Of a stretch of 64,000 nucleotides of DNA, positions 22,356 to 33,972 are shown in pieces. The notes under the pieces are model-generated. The model saw only the letters and a list, made by a program, of their open reading frames with translations, did not search any database and was not told where the DNA came from. Origin of the DNA: Deltaproteobacteria bacterium (GTDB lineage Bacteria; Myxococcota; Myxococcia; Myxococcales; 40CM-4-68-19); assembly GCA_005879315.1 (NCBI GenBank), contig VBLC01000046.1:65424-129423 (forward strand), given 5' to 3'. Within the stretch, counting starts at the first letter, position 1. Every line of letters starts with the position of its first letter. Both the position numbers and the translations under genes were made by a program.

Positions 22356-22720
22356 CTTCGCGGCGGCTCTTCGGAGACGCCGGCGAGGGCGCGGCCGCCG
22401 AGCTCTTGCGCGCGCGCGGCTATCGGATCATCGCGCGCAACCACCGCTGCCGGCGCGGCGAAGTGGATCTGGTCGCCGAGAAGGGCGAGCTGCTCGTCTT
22501 CGTCGAGGTGCGGACCCGCGCGACCGCTGTCTTCGGCGGGCCGGAGGAGACGGTCTCGCCGCGCAAGCAGGCGCGAGTGATCGCGGCGGCGCGCGATTTC
22601 CTCATGCGCTGGCGGGGTCCGGAGCGCGGCGCGCGCTTCGATGTCGTCGCGGTCGTCGATGCGCCCGGCGGGCCGCGGCTGGAGCATTTCGAGAACGCGT
22701 TCGATTCCCCGGCCTTTTGA
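22352..22720 (+). CDS. yraN: YraN-family (UPF0102) endonuclease-like protein
   Basis: GEVDLVAEKGELLVFVEVRTR. ATGA overlap with the upstream stop. Confidence 0.85.
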   Translation: MTSRRLFGDAGEGAAAELLRARGYRIIARNHRCRRGEVDLVAEKGELLVFVEVRTRATAVFGGPEETVSPRKQARVIAAARDFLMRWRGPERGARFDVVAVVDAPGGPRLEHFENAFDSPAF

Positions 22721-23529
22721 TGCCGCTCTTCGTCGTCGCCACTCCCATCGGCAACCTGGGGGACCTGACCGGGCGAGCGCGGGAAGTGCTGGCCGCCTGC
22801 GACGGCGTGGTGGCGGAGGACACGCGCCACTCGGGGCAGCTGCTCAAGCATCTCGGCTTGAAGAAGCCCTTCTACTCGCTGCCCGCCTTCGACGAGGCCG
22901 CGCGCGCGGGGGCGATCCTGCAGCGTCTTCTCGCCGGTGAATCGCTCGCGCTGGTGACCGACGCGGGCACGCCGGCGGTGAGCGATCCCGGCTCGCTTCT
23001 GGTGCGGCGGGCGGTGGAGGCGGGCGTCCCCGTCGTTCCGGTCCCGGGCGCGAGCGCGGCCATCGCTGCCGTCAGCGTGAGCGGATTCGTGGAAGGCAGG
23101 TTTCACTTCGCCGGCTTTTTGCCGCGGAAGGTGTCGCATCGCGAAGAGATGCTCCGCGAGCTTTCGCCGCTGCGCGCGCAGCTCGTCTTCTATGAGTCGC
23201 CGCAGCGGCTGCGCGAGACTCTCCTCCAGCTGCAGGAAGCGCTCGGCGATCGGCCCGCGCTGGTCGCGCGCGAGCTGACCAAGCTGCACGAAGAGCTCGC
23301 CCGCGGCCTGCTCTCGCAGCTGGCGAAGCAGTTCGCCGGCGAGGTGCGCGGCGAAATCGTCATCGTCGTCTCGGGCGCGCAGGAGGCGCCGGAGGATCCC
23401 GCCGCGCTCGAAGCAGAAGTCCGTCGGCGGCTGGCGAGCGGCGAGCGGCCCAGGGAGATCGCCGAAGCGCTCGGCGGCGCGCACTCGAAGCGCGACGTCT
23501 ACCAGCTCGCCCTCAAGTTGAGGCGCTAG
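22720..23529 (+). CDS. rsmI: 16S rRNA (cytidine1402-2'-O)-methyltransferase
   Basis: TPIGNLGDLT, EDTRHS, TDAGTPAVSDPG and FYESPQRL. TGATG junction with yraN. Confidence 0.9.
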   Translation: MPLFVVATPIGNLGDLTGRAREVLAACDGVVAEDTRHSGQLLKHLGLKKPFYSLPAFDEAARAGAILQRLLAGESLALVTDAGTPAVSDPGSLLVRRAVEAGVPVVPVPGASAAIAAVSVSGFVEGRFHFAGFLPRKVSHREEMLRELSPLRAQLVFYESPQRLRETLLQLQEALGDRPALVARELTKLHEELARGLLSQLAKQFAGEVRGEIVIVVSGAQEAPEDPAALEAEVRRRLASGERPREIAEALGGAHSKRDVYQLALKLRR

Positions 23530-24824
23530 AAGTTGAGGCTGAGCGAGCCCGCCACGCCCCAGATGAAGGCCGGCTCGGCGCGAAGACGTCGGCCCACCTG
23601 GTCCACGCGAAAGTCGTAGTTGGGGTTCTGATCCGGCGCTGCCACGCCGCGGCCGGCGGAGATCACGATCCCCTTGCCGTCCTTGTTCTCGCCGATCTCC
23701 TCATGAGTGAGGAAGTGCGCCGTCTCGAATCCGGCCGTCCCGTACACCCGGAGGTGGAACCAGCGCGCCAGCCGCCCATAAAGGCCGATCGACCCCAGCG
23801 TAGTCAGGTACTCGTCGGCATAGGTCAGCTTGCCGAGCGCGTCGGTGACCTGCGTGTACTCGCGGCCGGGCCCGTGGTAGCGCAGGTCGCCGCGCACGTC
23901 GAACGAGAAACGCTGGTCGCTCTCCAGATCCTCGGCGGTCACCAGCTCCGCCCCGAGAAGCAGCCCAGCTTCGTAGGGCGGCTGGTATCCGGTCTGCCCC
24001 TTCCACAGCCCCGCGCAGTTCGCCGGCGCCACGTCCTGGGCGAGGAACTGCTGGTTCGAGCAATTGTCGTAGGACCGGGTGGTCGCGAAAGGCGCCGAGG
24101 CCGAGATTTTCACATAGGGCTCGACAACCTGGTAGCGCTTGGAAAACGCCGTCCACAGCGTCAGGACGTGCGCTCTCTTCGCCTCCATGCCGAAAGGCTG
24201 CGGCGAGCCCGCATTCGGTCCCCAGCGGGAGGGATCGTCCACCTGGCCGAAGGGCAGCGTGTAGTCGACGCCCATCACCCAGGTCGCCACCGCTTTCCCC
24301 TCGGGAAAGAGCTTCGGCCGCAGCTTCGTCTCCCGCTGCTCGTTGATCGGGCCCCAGGCGATCCCGATGGTCGTATCGCCCAGCCCGCGGCGACGGCTCC
24401 CGCCAGGGACGGCGGCGATGGGCTGCGTCGGCCCGCAGAGGGATCCGCCGCAGCCGGCAGCGTTGATGGTGTTGTTGGTCAACGAGCTGGTCGTCGCCGT
24501 CGTCGAGCCGGCGTAGTTCCAGTCCTGCACGTCGCGGAAGTAATAGGGGGCGAAAGCGTGCAATTCGAGATCGTGCCAGAGGCCGATGTTGACCCGCACC
24601 ATGACCCCGTCGACGGCGCGGCTGTGCTGCAGCTCGTCCTGCAGGACGGTGCCGGAGGCGCTGGCCTGCTCGCGGGTGATGCGGGTGTTCTGCTGCAGAT
24701 GGAAGTAGGTCGCGTCGAGATCGACCTCGAGCGGGTGGCGCTCGTCGGCCGCGTCCGCCACGTCGGTGACGTGCGCGGCGAACGCCGGAAACGAAAGGAG
24801 CAGTGCCGCGAGCGTCCGCCGCAT
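23526..24824 (-). CDS. putative outer-membrane beta-barrel protein
   Basis: Signal peptide MRRTLAALLLSFPAFAA, alternating beta-strand-like pattern, and a C-terminal SLSLNF aromatic terminus. Confidence 0.6.
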   Translation of the reverse strand: MRRTLAALLLSFPAFAAHVTDVADAADERHPLEVDLDATYFHLQQNTRITREQASASGTVLQDELQHSRAVDGVMVRVNIGLWHDLELHAFAPYYFRDVQDWNYAGSTTATTSSLTNNTINAAGCGGSLCGPTQPIAAVPGGSRRRGLGDTTIGIAWGPINEQRETKLRPKLFPEGKAVATWVMGVDYTLPFGQVDDPSRWGPNAGSPQPFGMEAKRAHVLTLWTAFSKRYQVVEPYVKISASAPFATTRSYDNCSNQQFLAQDVAPANCAGLWKGQTGYQPPYEAGLLLGAELVTAEDLESDQRFSFDVRGDLRYHGPGREYTQVTDALGKLTYADEYLTTLGSIGLYGRLARWFHLRVYGTAGFETAHFLTHEEIGENKDGKGIVISAGRGVAAPDQNPNYDFRVDQVGRRLRAEPAFIWGVAGSLSLNF

Positions 24825-24868
24825 CGCAGGACATCTTAGAGCAAATCTCGCCGCTGTCAGGAAAAGAG

Positions 24869-26254
<1,386 letters not shown>

Positions 26255-26313
26255 TTGACCGCGGGCTATCACGGCGGGACGGCCGGGAGCAATCGGGAAT
26301 GCAGGGAGGCGAC

Positions 26314-27957
26314 GTGAACGGACGAGCTCTCCTGGCCTGCGCCGCTGCGCTCCAACTGGTAGCCTGCCACAACGGCGCAGGAGCGATCGGCGACGCCTGC
26401 AAAGCCGACGGCGACTGCAACTCGCGCGACTGCAAGACCGAGGCGGCGGCCGGCTATCCGGGCGGCATGTGCACCGACGTCTGCAGTACCACCGCCTGCT
26501 CGACCGGGAACCTGTGCACGCAGCTCTCCGGCGAGAGCCTCTGCGCGAAGGCCTGCACGCAGGACTCCGACTGCCGCAGCGGCTACAACTGCTGCGCCGC
26601 TTTCGGCAACGTCTGCCTGCCGCCGGCGATGTGCAACACCACCACGCCCGCCTGCCTGCGGCCGGTGGTCTCGAGCTCGTTGCCCAGCACGCAGGTGTTC
26701 CCCTTCGGCACGCACACGGTCGGCGATCCGATCAATTTCAATGTCCCCGCCGGCACCGGCAGCATCACCATCGTCCACCAGGCGCGCAGCGCCGGCCTCA
26801 ACGTCACTTACCAGGGGCAGGTGATCGACAACTCGGCGGTGCCCGGCGTGCTGAACTTTCCCGACGGTGGCGAAGCGTACAACGACAACACCCAGAGCGA
26901 CCCGGCCTCCCCGGACGGCGGCGTCGAGCCGGGCACGCACTACGCCTACTACGGCGGCGGCACTCCCAGCACGGGGGCGTTCACCATCCCCAACACCACG
27001 ACGTCGGTGAACGCCGGGATACCTTCCGGGAACTGGAAGTTCACCGTCAACGACTACGCCTATGAGTGCGTCAGCAACTCGGGCTGCACCGCGGGCGCCT
27101 CGAGCGCCAACACTTACGACGTGTCGGTCGTGCTGCGGCCCTTGCCCCAGGGCAGCAATCTCGACATCAACTTCTACATCGTCGCCAATGCCACGAACCG
27201 GACCGGCCAGCCACTCACCGCCGCCAGTGCGGCCACCGACCCGGACGTGCAGCGCATGGTCTCGACGTTCCACTCGCTCTATTCGACGGTGGGCATCACG
27301 GTGCGGACCGTGAACTTCTACGACACCAGCGCCGCCGACCGCGCGCGCTTCGGCACCAACGTCAACGCCGACAAGGTCGGACCCTGCGACGAGCTGAACC
27401 AGATGCTCTTGCTCTCGGCGGCGCACGCCGGCAACACCATGAACCTCTTCTTCGTGCAGAGCATCCGGAGCAACTCCACCCAGCTGGGCGGGACCATCGT
27501 CGGCATCGACGGCACCATTCCCGGGCCCTCCTCCTACAGCGGCACGGTGCACAGCGGCGCGGCCGTCTCACTCGCCGATCTCTTCCACGGCGTCTGCGGC
27601 GCGAGCATCGACATCTCGAACTGCGGAGCGGACGTCGTGGCCTACATTTCGGCCCACGAGACTGGACACTTCCTCGGTCTCTTCCACACGACGGAATTGG
27701 CGGGAGACTACTTCGACCCGATCGCCGATACCGCCAAGTGCCCGTGCATGAGCTGCGCGACCACCGCCGACCTGCCCAAATGCCCGAAGCCCGATGCAAC
27801 CGGGCCGACGCTGACAGCCGACCGCTGCAAGGGCAGCCCCTCCAACTGCGCCGGCGCCGACAACCTCATGTTCTGGCAGCTCTACGGCGGCATCTCGCAG
27901 GGGAAGCTGAGCGCGCAGCAGGCGGCCGTGATCCGGCTGAACCCGCTGATGCAGTGA
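26314..27957 (+). CDS. secreted metzincin-type zinc metalloprotease lipoprotein with Cys-rich N-terminal region
   Basis: GGGAGG lies 5 nt before GTG 26314. Lipobox [17 protein letters not shown] matches HExxHxxGxxH, and a later NLMF is a candidate Met-turn. Confidence 0.8.
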   Translation: MNGRALLACAAALQLVACHNGAGAIGDACKADGDCNSRDCKTEAAAGYPGGMCTDVCSTTACSTGNLCTQLSGESLCAKACTQDSDCRSGYNCCAAFGNVCLPPAMCNTTTPACLRPVVSSSLPSTQVFPFGTHTVGDPINFNVPAGTGSITIVHQARSAGLNVTYQGQVIDNSAVPGVLNFPDGGEAYNDNTQSDPASPDGGVEPGTHYAYYGGGTPSTGAFTIPNTTTSVNAGIPSGNWKFTVNDYAYECVSNSGCTAGASSANTYDVSVVLRPLPQGSNLDINFYIVANATNRTGQPLTAASAATDPDVQRMVSTFHSLYSTVGITVRTVNFYDTSAADRARFGTNVNADKVGPCDELNQMLLLSAAHAGNTMNLFFVQSIRSNSTQLGGTIVGIDGTIPGPSSYSGTVHSGAAVSLADLFHGVCGASIDISNCGADVVAYISAHETGHFLGLFHTTELAGDYFDPIADTAKCPCMSCATTADLPKCPKPDATGPTLTADRCKGSPSNCAGADNLMFWQLYGGISQGKLSAQQAAVIRLNPLMQ

Positions 27958-27967
27958 GGAGGACCTG

Positions 27968-28534
27968 ATGATCTGGCTGCTCATCGCCGCGCTCTTTGCC
28001 GCTCCCACGCCGCGCCGCGGACAGCGCGCGCCGTCCGCCGCGGGGGCTCCCGAGTCGCTCTCCGACGAGGAGATCGCGCGCCGCGCCAATGGCTATCTCG
28101 GCAGCATCGACACGCCCATCTCGGCGGAGCAGTGGAGGGCGCTCGGGCCGCGGGCGGCGACCGTGCTCGAGCCGATCATCGGCGACCGGAATGCCCTGCC
28201 CACCCGGCGCGCCAAAGCGATCGATGGGCTGGTCGCGGCCGCGCCCTCTCGCGCCGCGCAGCTGGTGGGCAAGCTGGCGCGCGACGAGACGGAGCCGGTG
28301 GTGGTGCGCGTCGCGGCGTTGCATGGCGCGCGCAGGGCGCTGCCCTCCGCGAAGCTGATTGCGGAATTGAAGCCGGTGCTGGAAAGCGCGCGCGATCCCG
28401 GGCTGCGCGGCGTCGCGGCCGAGGTGATCACTCATGCCAAGGGCGGCTGCGCGGCGGTGCGCGCGCGGCTCGAGCGCGAGGGCGCCGACGAGCGCGCCGC
28501 GTACGACCGCGCGCTGCGCCGGTGCGGGGAGTGA
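27968..28534 (+). CDS. HEAT/armadillo-like repeat protein with N-terminal signal-like segment
   Basis: GGAGG Shine-Dalgarno, hydrophobic N-terminus MIWLLIAALFAA, and helical repeats (RRAKAIDGL, VVVRVAALHGA, DPGLRGVAAEVI). Confidence 0.5.
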   Translation: MIWLLIAALFAAPTPRRGQRAPSAAGAPESLSDEEIARRANGYLGSIDTPISAEQWRALGPRAATVLEPIIGDRNALPTRRAKAIDGLVAAAPSRAAQLVGKLARDETEPVVVRVAALHGARRALPSAKLIAELKPVLESARDPGLRGVAAEVITHAKGGCAAVRARLEREGADERAAYDRALRRCGE

Positions 28535-29226
28535 TTCCAGCCGGGCTCGCGGACCGGGTGCGCGCGGTGGCGCGCGAGATGCCGGGCGGGCTCGCGGTCT
28601 TCGATGCCGATGGAACGCTGTGGCGCGACGACGTGGGCGAGGCTTTCCTGCGCCACCTGATCTCGCTCGGCTGGGTGACGCTGCCGGACGGCGGCGATCC
28701 CTATCAGGAGTACGAGAGGCGCGTCGACCAGGACAAGCAGAGCGGCTACGCCTTCGCGGCGCAGCTGCAGGCCGGGCTCGAGGTGCAGAGAATCGGCGCC
28801 GAGGCAGATCGGTTCGCGCGTGATTGGGTGCCGCCGCGGCTGGTTTCCGACAGCCAGGCGCTGCGCGCGCTCTGCCTCGAGGCCGGCCTCGTTCCGGCGG
28901 CCGTGTCGGCAAGCCCCCTCCCCATCGTGGTGGCGGCGGCGCCGCTGGCGGGAATCTCTCGCGAGCGCTGCTGCGGCATCGAGGTCGAAGCGCGCCGCGG
29001 GCGGTTCACCGAGCTCTTGGTCGGCCCGCTCACGTATGCGCGGGGCAAGGTGGAGGCCGCATCGCGCTTCGGCCGCATCGCGCTCGGCTGCGGCGATTCC
29101 TTTACCGGCGATCTGGCCCTGCTCGAGTCCGCGCGTATCGCGGTCGCAGTCGCGCCGGCCGCAGGCTCACCGCTCTCGGCCGAAGCCCAGCGCCGCGGTT
29201 GGCCAGTGTTGTCGCAAGAAGGCTAA
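28531..29226 (+). CDS. HAD-superfamily (subfamily IB-like) phosphatase
   Basis: VFDADGTLW (DxDxT motif I), VSASP and [15 protein letters not shown] overlap with the upstream stop. Confidence 0.75.
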   Translation: MIPAGLADRVRAVAREMPGGLAVFDADGTLWRDDVGEAFLRHLISLGWVTLPDGGDPYQEYERRVDQDKQSGYAFAAQLQAGLEVQRIGAEADRFARDWVPPRLVSDSQALRALCLEAGLVPAAVSASPLPIVVAAAPLAGISRERCCGIEVEARRGRFTELLVGPLTYARGKVEAASRFGRIALGCGDSFTGDLALLESARIAVAVAPAAGSPLSAEAQRRGWPVLSQEG

Positions 29227-31424
29227 GAGGTCCCGAGCGGCAGGGCAGGAACCGGAACGGCTTCTTCCTGGCGCTGCGGGGCCTGGACCATGCCAAGCCT
29301 CCCCGCGGTGTCGAGCGCGGCCGCGGAGGGGAAGCGGAGAATGAACTCGCTCCCTTCGCCGATCCGGCTCTGCACTTCGATGGTGCCGCCGTGGCCCTTG
29401 ACGATGCGCTGGGTGATGGCGAGCCCGAGGCCCGTGCCCTTCGACTTCGTCGTGTAGAAGGGGATGAAGATTCGGTCGAGCGCGTCTTCGGGAATGCCCG
29501 CGCCGGTGTCGGCGAAGCGCACCTCGATCTGGTCCGCAGAGTAACGCGGCGTAGACTCAGAGAGGCCCAGCTCCACCGGCGTGTGGGGCCGCCGCGTGCG
29601 CACCATCAGGCGCCCCCCGTCGGGCATCGCCTGCACGGCATTGAGGGCGAGATTGATGAACACCTGCTTGAGCTGCTCCGCGTCGGCATTGATCGACGGC
29701 AGCCCCGGAGTCAGATCGAGCTCGAGCGCGACGTTCTTGGGCAGGTCGTTCTCGATCAACTTCATCGTCTTCCAGAGCACCTCGTTGACGTCGGTGAGCT
29801 GGAACTTGGCGTTGCCCGGCCCGGGCGGCCGCGAGTAGGCGAGGAACTGCGCCACCACCCCGTCGAGCCGGTTCACCTCCTCGACGATGATGTCGAGGAT
29901 CTCGGCGTCGCCCGGCTGCATGCCGGCTGGATCGAGATACTGCGCCGCGCCCTTGATCGCGCCGAGTGGATTGCGGATCTCGTGCGCCAGGCCGGCGGCC
30001 ATCTCGCCGAGCGCGGCGAGCCGGTCGCGCTCCTTCATCTTCTCGTAGAGCCGGCTGTTCTCGATGGTGATGGCGGCCTGCTCGCCGATCTCCAGCATGG
30101 CGGCCAGCTCGTCGGAGGCGAAAGCCTCGGGCACCCGGTCGTCGAGCACGCAGAGGAACCCCACCACCCGCTGCGAGGCCACCAGGGGGATGGTCACGCC
30201 GGCCCGCATCGCCGCCATCGCGGCGCCCATCTCGGAGAGCCGGGTGCGCTCCTCGGCCAGGGGCGCGTTCGTCTCGGAGGACTGCGGCAGAAGCTCGCGC
30301 AGCTCGATGAGGCGGCGCTCGACCAGCTCGACCAGCTGCGCCTTCTGCCCGGCCTGCGCGCTCTGCACCAGCGCGCGTACCGTCGCGGCGTCGATGTACG
30401 GCGTCGGCGCCGGGCCGCGAAATTCGAGGCGGCGGAAGCCCAGGCCGTCGTCGGCGAGGAGATAGATCGAAGCGTGCGTCACCCGGCGCGTCTCGTAGAA
30501 GCCGTCGAGCACCACCTGGCCCAGCTCGCGCACGTCGATGATGCCCGCCATCCGCTGCCGCAGCGCCTGCAGCGCCTGGACGAACTGGAAGCGCTCGGCG
30601 AAGAAGATCGCCAGCACCCGCTCCTCGACCTTGGCCTTGAGCGGCTCGAACAAGATGAGGATGACGAAGGAGGCGACCAGCGTGTTGAAGAAAAAGAGTC
30701 CCACGCTCTGCCCGCCGGTCCAGCGCACCAGAAGCCCGTAGATGCCGGCGAGCACCACGCCCACGCTAGCGAGCACGACGATCTTTCCGAGGAGCTCGTT
30801 GAGATCGAGCAGCCGGTGCCGCTGGATGGTCTGCGAGAGAAAATAGAGATAGATGGTCAGCGCCACATTGGCGAACGGCGGCGGCGGCCATCCGGCGAGG
30901 CGGATGAGGAGCTCGCCGAAGGTCAGCCCCACGCAGAGCGCGGCGCCGACCCAGAGGTAGAAAAGGCGGGCGCGCTCGGTCCGCGAGGCCGCGCGCCGCA
31001 TGCGCGCGTAGAGCAGGCTGACCGCGGCGGTGAGCTGCACGAAGACCGCGCCCGCGGCGGTGATGCGCGCCGGCGGCATCATCGCCAAGGGCGATGCCGC
31101 GAGCGCCACGGTGGCGAGGCCGGTCGCGGTTGCGATGCGGCGCAGGCCGAGCACGCGGCCTGCAGACTCGCCCTGGAACTCGACGATGAAGCTGAGCACC
31201 GCCGCCGGAATGAAGCCGGCCGCGGCCAACGTCACCCGCAGCGGCCAGGAGGCGGGGCCGAGGAGGGCATGGAGGAAATCGCCGAGCTGGTAGGCGAGCA
31301 GGGCGAAATTGAGCAGCGCGAACGCGGTCCAGAGGCGCGTCCGGCCCTGCCGGAGCAGCATCGCCAGGGCCAGGGCGAAGCAGACGATCGCGGCCAAGAG
31401 CGCGCTCTGTGTGCGTGCATCCAC
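29223..31424 (-). CDS. membrane sensor histidine kinase (multi-TM N-terminus, GAF-like, HisKA, HATPase)
   Basis: H-box [13 protein letters not shown]-box [11 protein letters not shown] and G-boxes [16 protein letters not shown]. At least 6 N-terminal hydrophobic helices. GTG start. Confidence 0.9.
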   Translation of the reverse strand: MDARTQSALLAAIVCFALALAMLLRQGRTRLWTAFALLNFALLAYQLGDFLHALLGPASWPLRVTLAAAGFIPAAVLSFIVEFQGESAGRVLGLRRIATATGLATVALAASPLAMMPPARITAAGAVFVQLTAAVSLLYARMRRAASRTERARLFYLWVGAALCVGLTFGELLIRLAGWPPPPFANVALTIYLYFLSQTIQRHRLLDLNELLGKIVVLASVGVVLAGIYGLLVRWTGGQSVGLFFFNTLVASFVILILFEPLKAKVEERVLAIFFAERFQFVQALQALRQRMAGIIDVRELGQVVLDGFYETRRVTHASIYLLADDGLGFRRLEFRGPAPTPYIDAATVRALVQSAQAGQKAQLVELVERRLIELRELLPQSSETNAPLAEERTRLSEMGAAMAAMRAGVTIPLVASQRVVGFLCVLDDRVPEAFASDELAAMLEIGEQAAITIENSRLYEKMKERDRLAALGEMAAGLAHEIRNPLGAIKGAAQYLDPAGMQPGDAEILDIIVEEVNRLDGVVAQFLAYSRPPGPGNAKFQLTDVNEVLWKTMKLIENDLPKNVALELDLTPGLPSINADAEQLKQVFINLALNAVQAMPDGGRLMVRTRRPHTPVELGLSESTPRYSADQIEVRFADTGAGIPEDALDRIFIPFYTTKSKGTGLGLAITQRIVKGHGGTIEVQSRIGEGSEFILRFPSAAALDTAGRLGMVQAPQRQEEAVPVPALPLGTS

Positions 31425-31554
31425 TGGCCGAAGGCTAACACTGTCCGCCTGCCTGTCTAATCACGGAATACGCGCCGCGTCGGGAGCGGTTGTGGCAACT
31501 GGACGCCGGCAGGTGCCGGTGTCACATTCGAGCGGGCGAGCGCCCGGGCGATCG

Positions 31555-33916
31555 ATGCTGACAAACCTCCTCCTCAGCGCGGCGCTGGCTGCGTGGACGC
31601 CAGCATGGATGGCCGCAAAGCCGGCTGAGCCGCCGGCTGTCGAGCCGGACGATCCCACACTGGGGCCGGCTTTCGGCGCGGCGCGTCTGGCGCCGTACTT
31701 CACGGCGCCCGTGCTCAAGTCCGCTCTCGGCGAGCTGGAGGCGGGAAGGCCGGAGAACGCGCTCCACTACCTGCCGACGGCGCCCAAGGACGGCCCGACT
31801 CGCTGGATCAAGGCGCTCGCGCTCCGCGCCGCCGATCAGCCGCGGCCGGCGCGCAAGCTCTTCGAGCAGCTCGCGCTCGCTGGAGGGCCGCTCGCCGATC
31901 GCGCGCTGCACATGGCCGCTCTCTGCGCCGTCGACCAGAGCGATGGCAGGAGCGCCGAGCGGCTGCTCGGGCAGGTCTCGCTCCGCTACGTCGATGCCGA
32001 CCAGGTGTTGCTCGAGTGGGCGCGGCAGTACTCGAAGAGCCATGTCGCGGGTCCGCGCACGGCCCAGCGCATCGAGGAGATCCTCCAGCCGATCTTCCTC
32101 GGGGAAGTGCGCGCCGACGCCGCGCCTGCGCATCTCATCGCCGGCGATGCGCAGGCTGCGGCGCGCGACAAGGAAAAGGCGCGGGCGCACTACCGCGCCG
32201 CCTGGGTCGATCGGCCTCTCAGTGGCGCGGCCGAGAGCGCCCGCCGGCGCGATCGCGCGCTCGGCCCGGGCGAGCCAGTGCCGCCCGAGAAGTTGATCCG
32301 GCGCGCCGAGATGCTGCTCGAGGCGCACCGCAACCGCGAAGCGCTCGACCAGCTGGCGCACAGAGCATGTGCCCACCGCCGAGGACGTGGGCAAGAATCC
32401 ACAGTCGCCGGCCGATCCGCTCGCTTGCCGCGCCAAGGTCGACCAGGGCCGCGCCTATCGCAAGGAGCACGAGTACTCCCGGGCGCGCGCGGCGCTCGGG
32501 CCGGTGGTGTTGCGCTGCGCCGATCCCGACGTGCGCGCGCGGGCGCTCTATCTGCTCGCGCAGCTCGAGAGCATGGCAGGCCGGCCGACGGCGCCGCTCT
32601 GGGAAGCGCTGGCGCGCAAGTTCCCGCAGTCGTATCTGGCCGACGACGCCCTCTTCAATCAGGCGATGGCGCTGCGCCGGACCGGAGATTTCGAGGGCGA
32701 GCGCGCGCTCTTGCGGCGGCTGGTCGACGAGCACCTCGACAGCGACCTGCGCGGCGAGGCGCTCTTCCGGCTCTTCTGGTCGCTGTACGGCGAAGGCAAG
32801 CCGCGGCCGGGGTTGGTCTATCTCGATCAGCTGGCCGCGCATCCCGATCCGGAAGGTGGCGAGGAGGAGCGTGCGCGGTACTGGCGCGCCCGCGCCTTGC
32901 TCGAAGCGCAGCCCGCCGACACCGACGCCGCCCGCGCGGCCGCGCGCGAGGCAGCTCGCGCCGACCTGGTCTGGCTCGTCGAGGAGCGGCCCCTCACCTA
33001 CTACGGCTTGCTCGCCCGCAGCCGCTTCGCCGAGGTCGCTCCCGAGCAGGCGCAAAAGATCGAAGCGAAGCAGACCCAGCTTCTCGCTCGTGCGCTCGGC
33101 GAGAGCGGCAAGGTTCCCCTCCACGGCGGAGCGCTCGCCCGGGATCCCCACCTGCTCGCGGCCATCGAGCTCTTGCGCATGGGGCTGCGGCTGGAAGCTG
33201 CGCGCGAGCTGGCCGCCGTCGATCGCTCGCCCGCGCGCAACGCCGGCGACGATGGGCAGGAGCCGCTCGCGCTTCTCGCCGAGCTCTACGCGCGCGCGGC
33301 CGACTTCCGCAGCGCGCACGCGCTGGTGCGCAGCGAGCTGCGCCCGCTCTTGCGCCGGCCCGCCTCTCCTCTGGCGCTCCGGGTCGCCTCGCTCGCCTAT
33401 CCGCTCGCTTTCCGCGAGCACATCTCCCGCGTCTCCCAGAGCGCGGCGGTCCCGCCCGACCTGCTCCAGGCGCTGATGCGCGAGGAGAGCGCTCTCGACC
33501 CGCGCGCTCTCTCCGCCACGGGCGCCTTGGGGCTGACGCAGGTGATGCCCTCGACCGCGCGGATGATCGCGCGCAAGCTGCGCATCCAGGGTTACCAGAC
33601 GGCGCGGCTCTACGATCCGGAGACGAACATCCGCATCGGCGGCGCGTATCTGGGCGAGCTGTACGCGCGCTTCCAGCACCCCGCGCTGGCGCTCGCCTCC
33701 TACAATGCCGGCCCCACTACGGTGGCGGGCTGGATCAAGGCGCGAGGATCGCTGCCGCTCGATGCCTTCGTCGAGGAGATCCCGCTCGAGGAGACGCGAG
33801 GCTACGTCAAGCGCTGCCTGCGCAGCTTCGCCGCGTACCAGTTCCTCTACGGCAACGGACTGGGAATGCCGCAGCTGGGCCAGAAGCTCGCGCATCGCGA
33901 CCTGCCTCGGCTCTAG
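31555..33916 (+). pseudogene. slt: Slt70-type soluble lytic transglycosylase, reading frame broken by a +1 shift near 32360-32369 (pseudogene or sequence error)
   Basis: The N-terminal part (signal peptide MLTNLLLSAALAAW, helical repeats) is in frame 1 up to ...EALDQLAHR. The rest (VPTAEDVG ... LMREESALDPRALSATGALGLTQVMPSTA ... YNAGP) is in frame 2. The total of 2362 nt is not a multiple of 3. Confidence 0.8.
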
Positions 33917-33972
33917 CGCTCTCCCTTGCGCCCCCCGCCTCGCGGCCCAAATTTCGCCGAGGGGGTGGAGGG

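Noticed and set aside
32340-32372. Programmed ribosomal frameshifting as an explanation for the slt frame break.
   Set aside because: There is no slippery heptamer, no rare or stop codon pause site, and no downstream pseudoknot-like structure evident. A simple 1-nt indel or sequencing error is more parsimonious.
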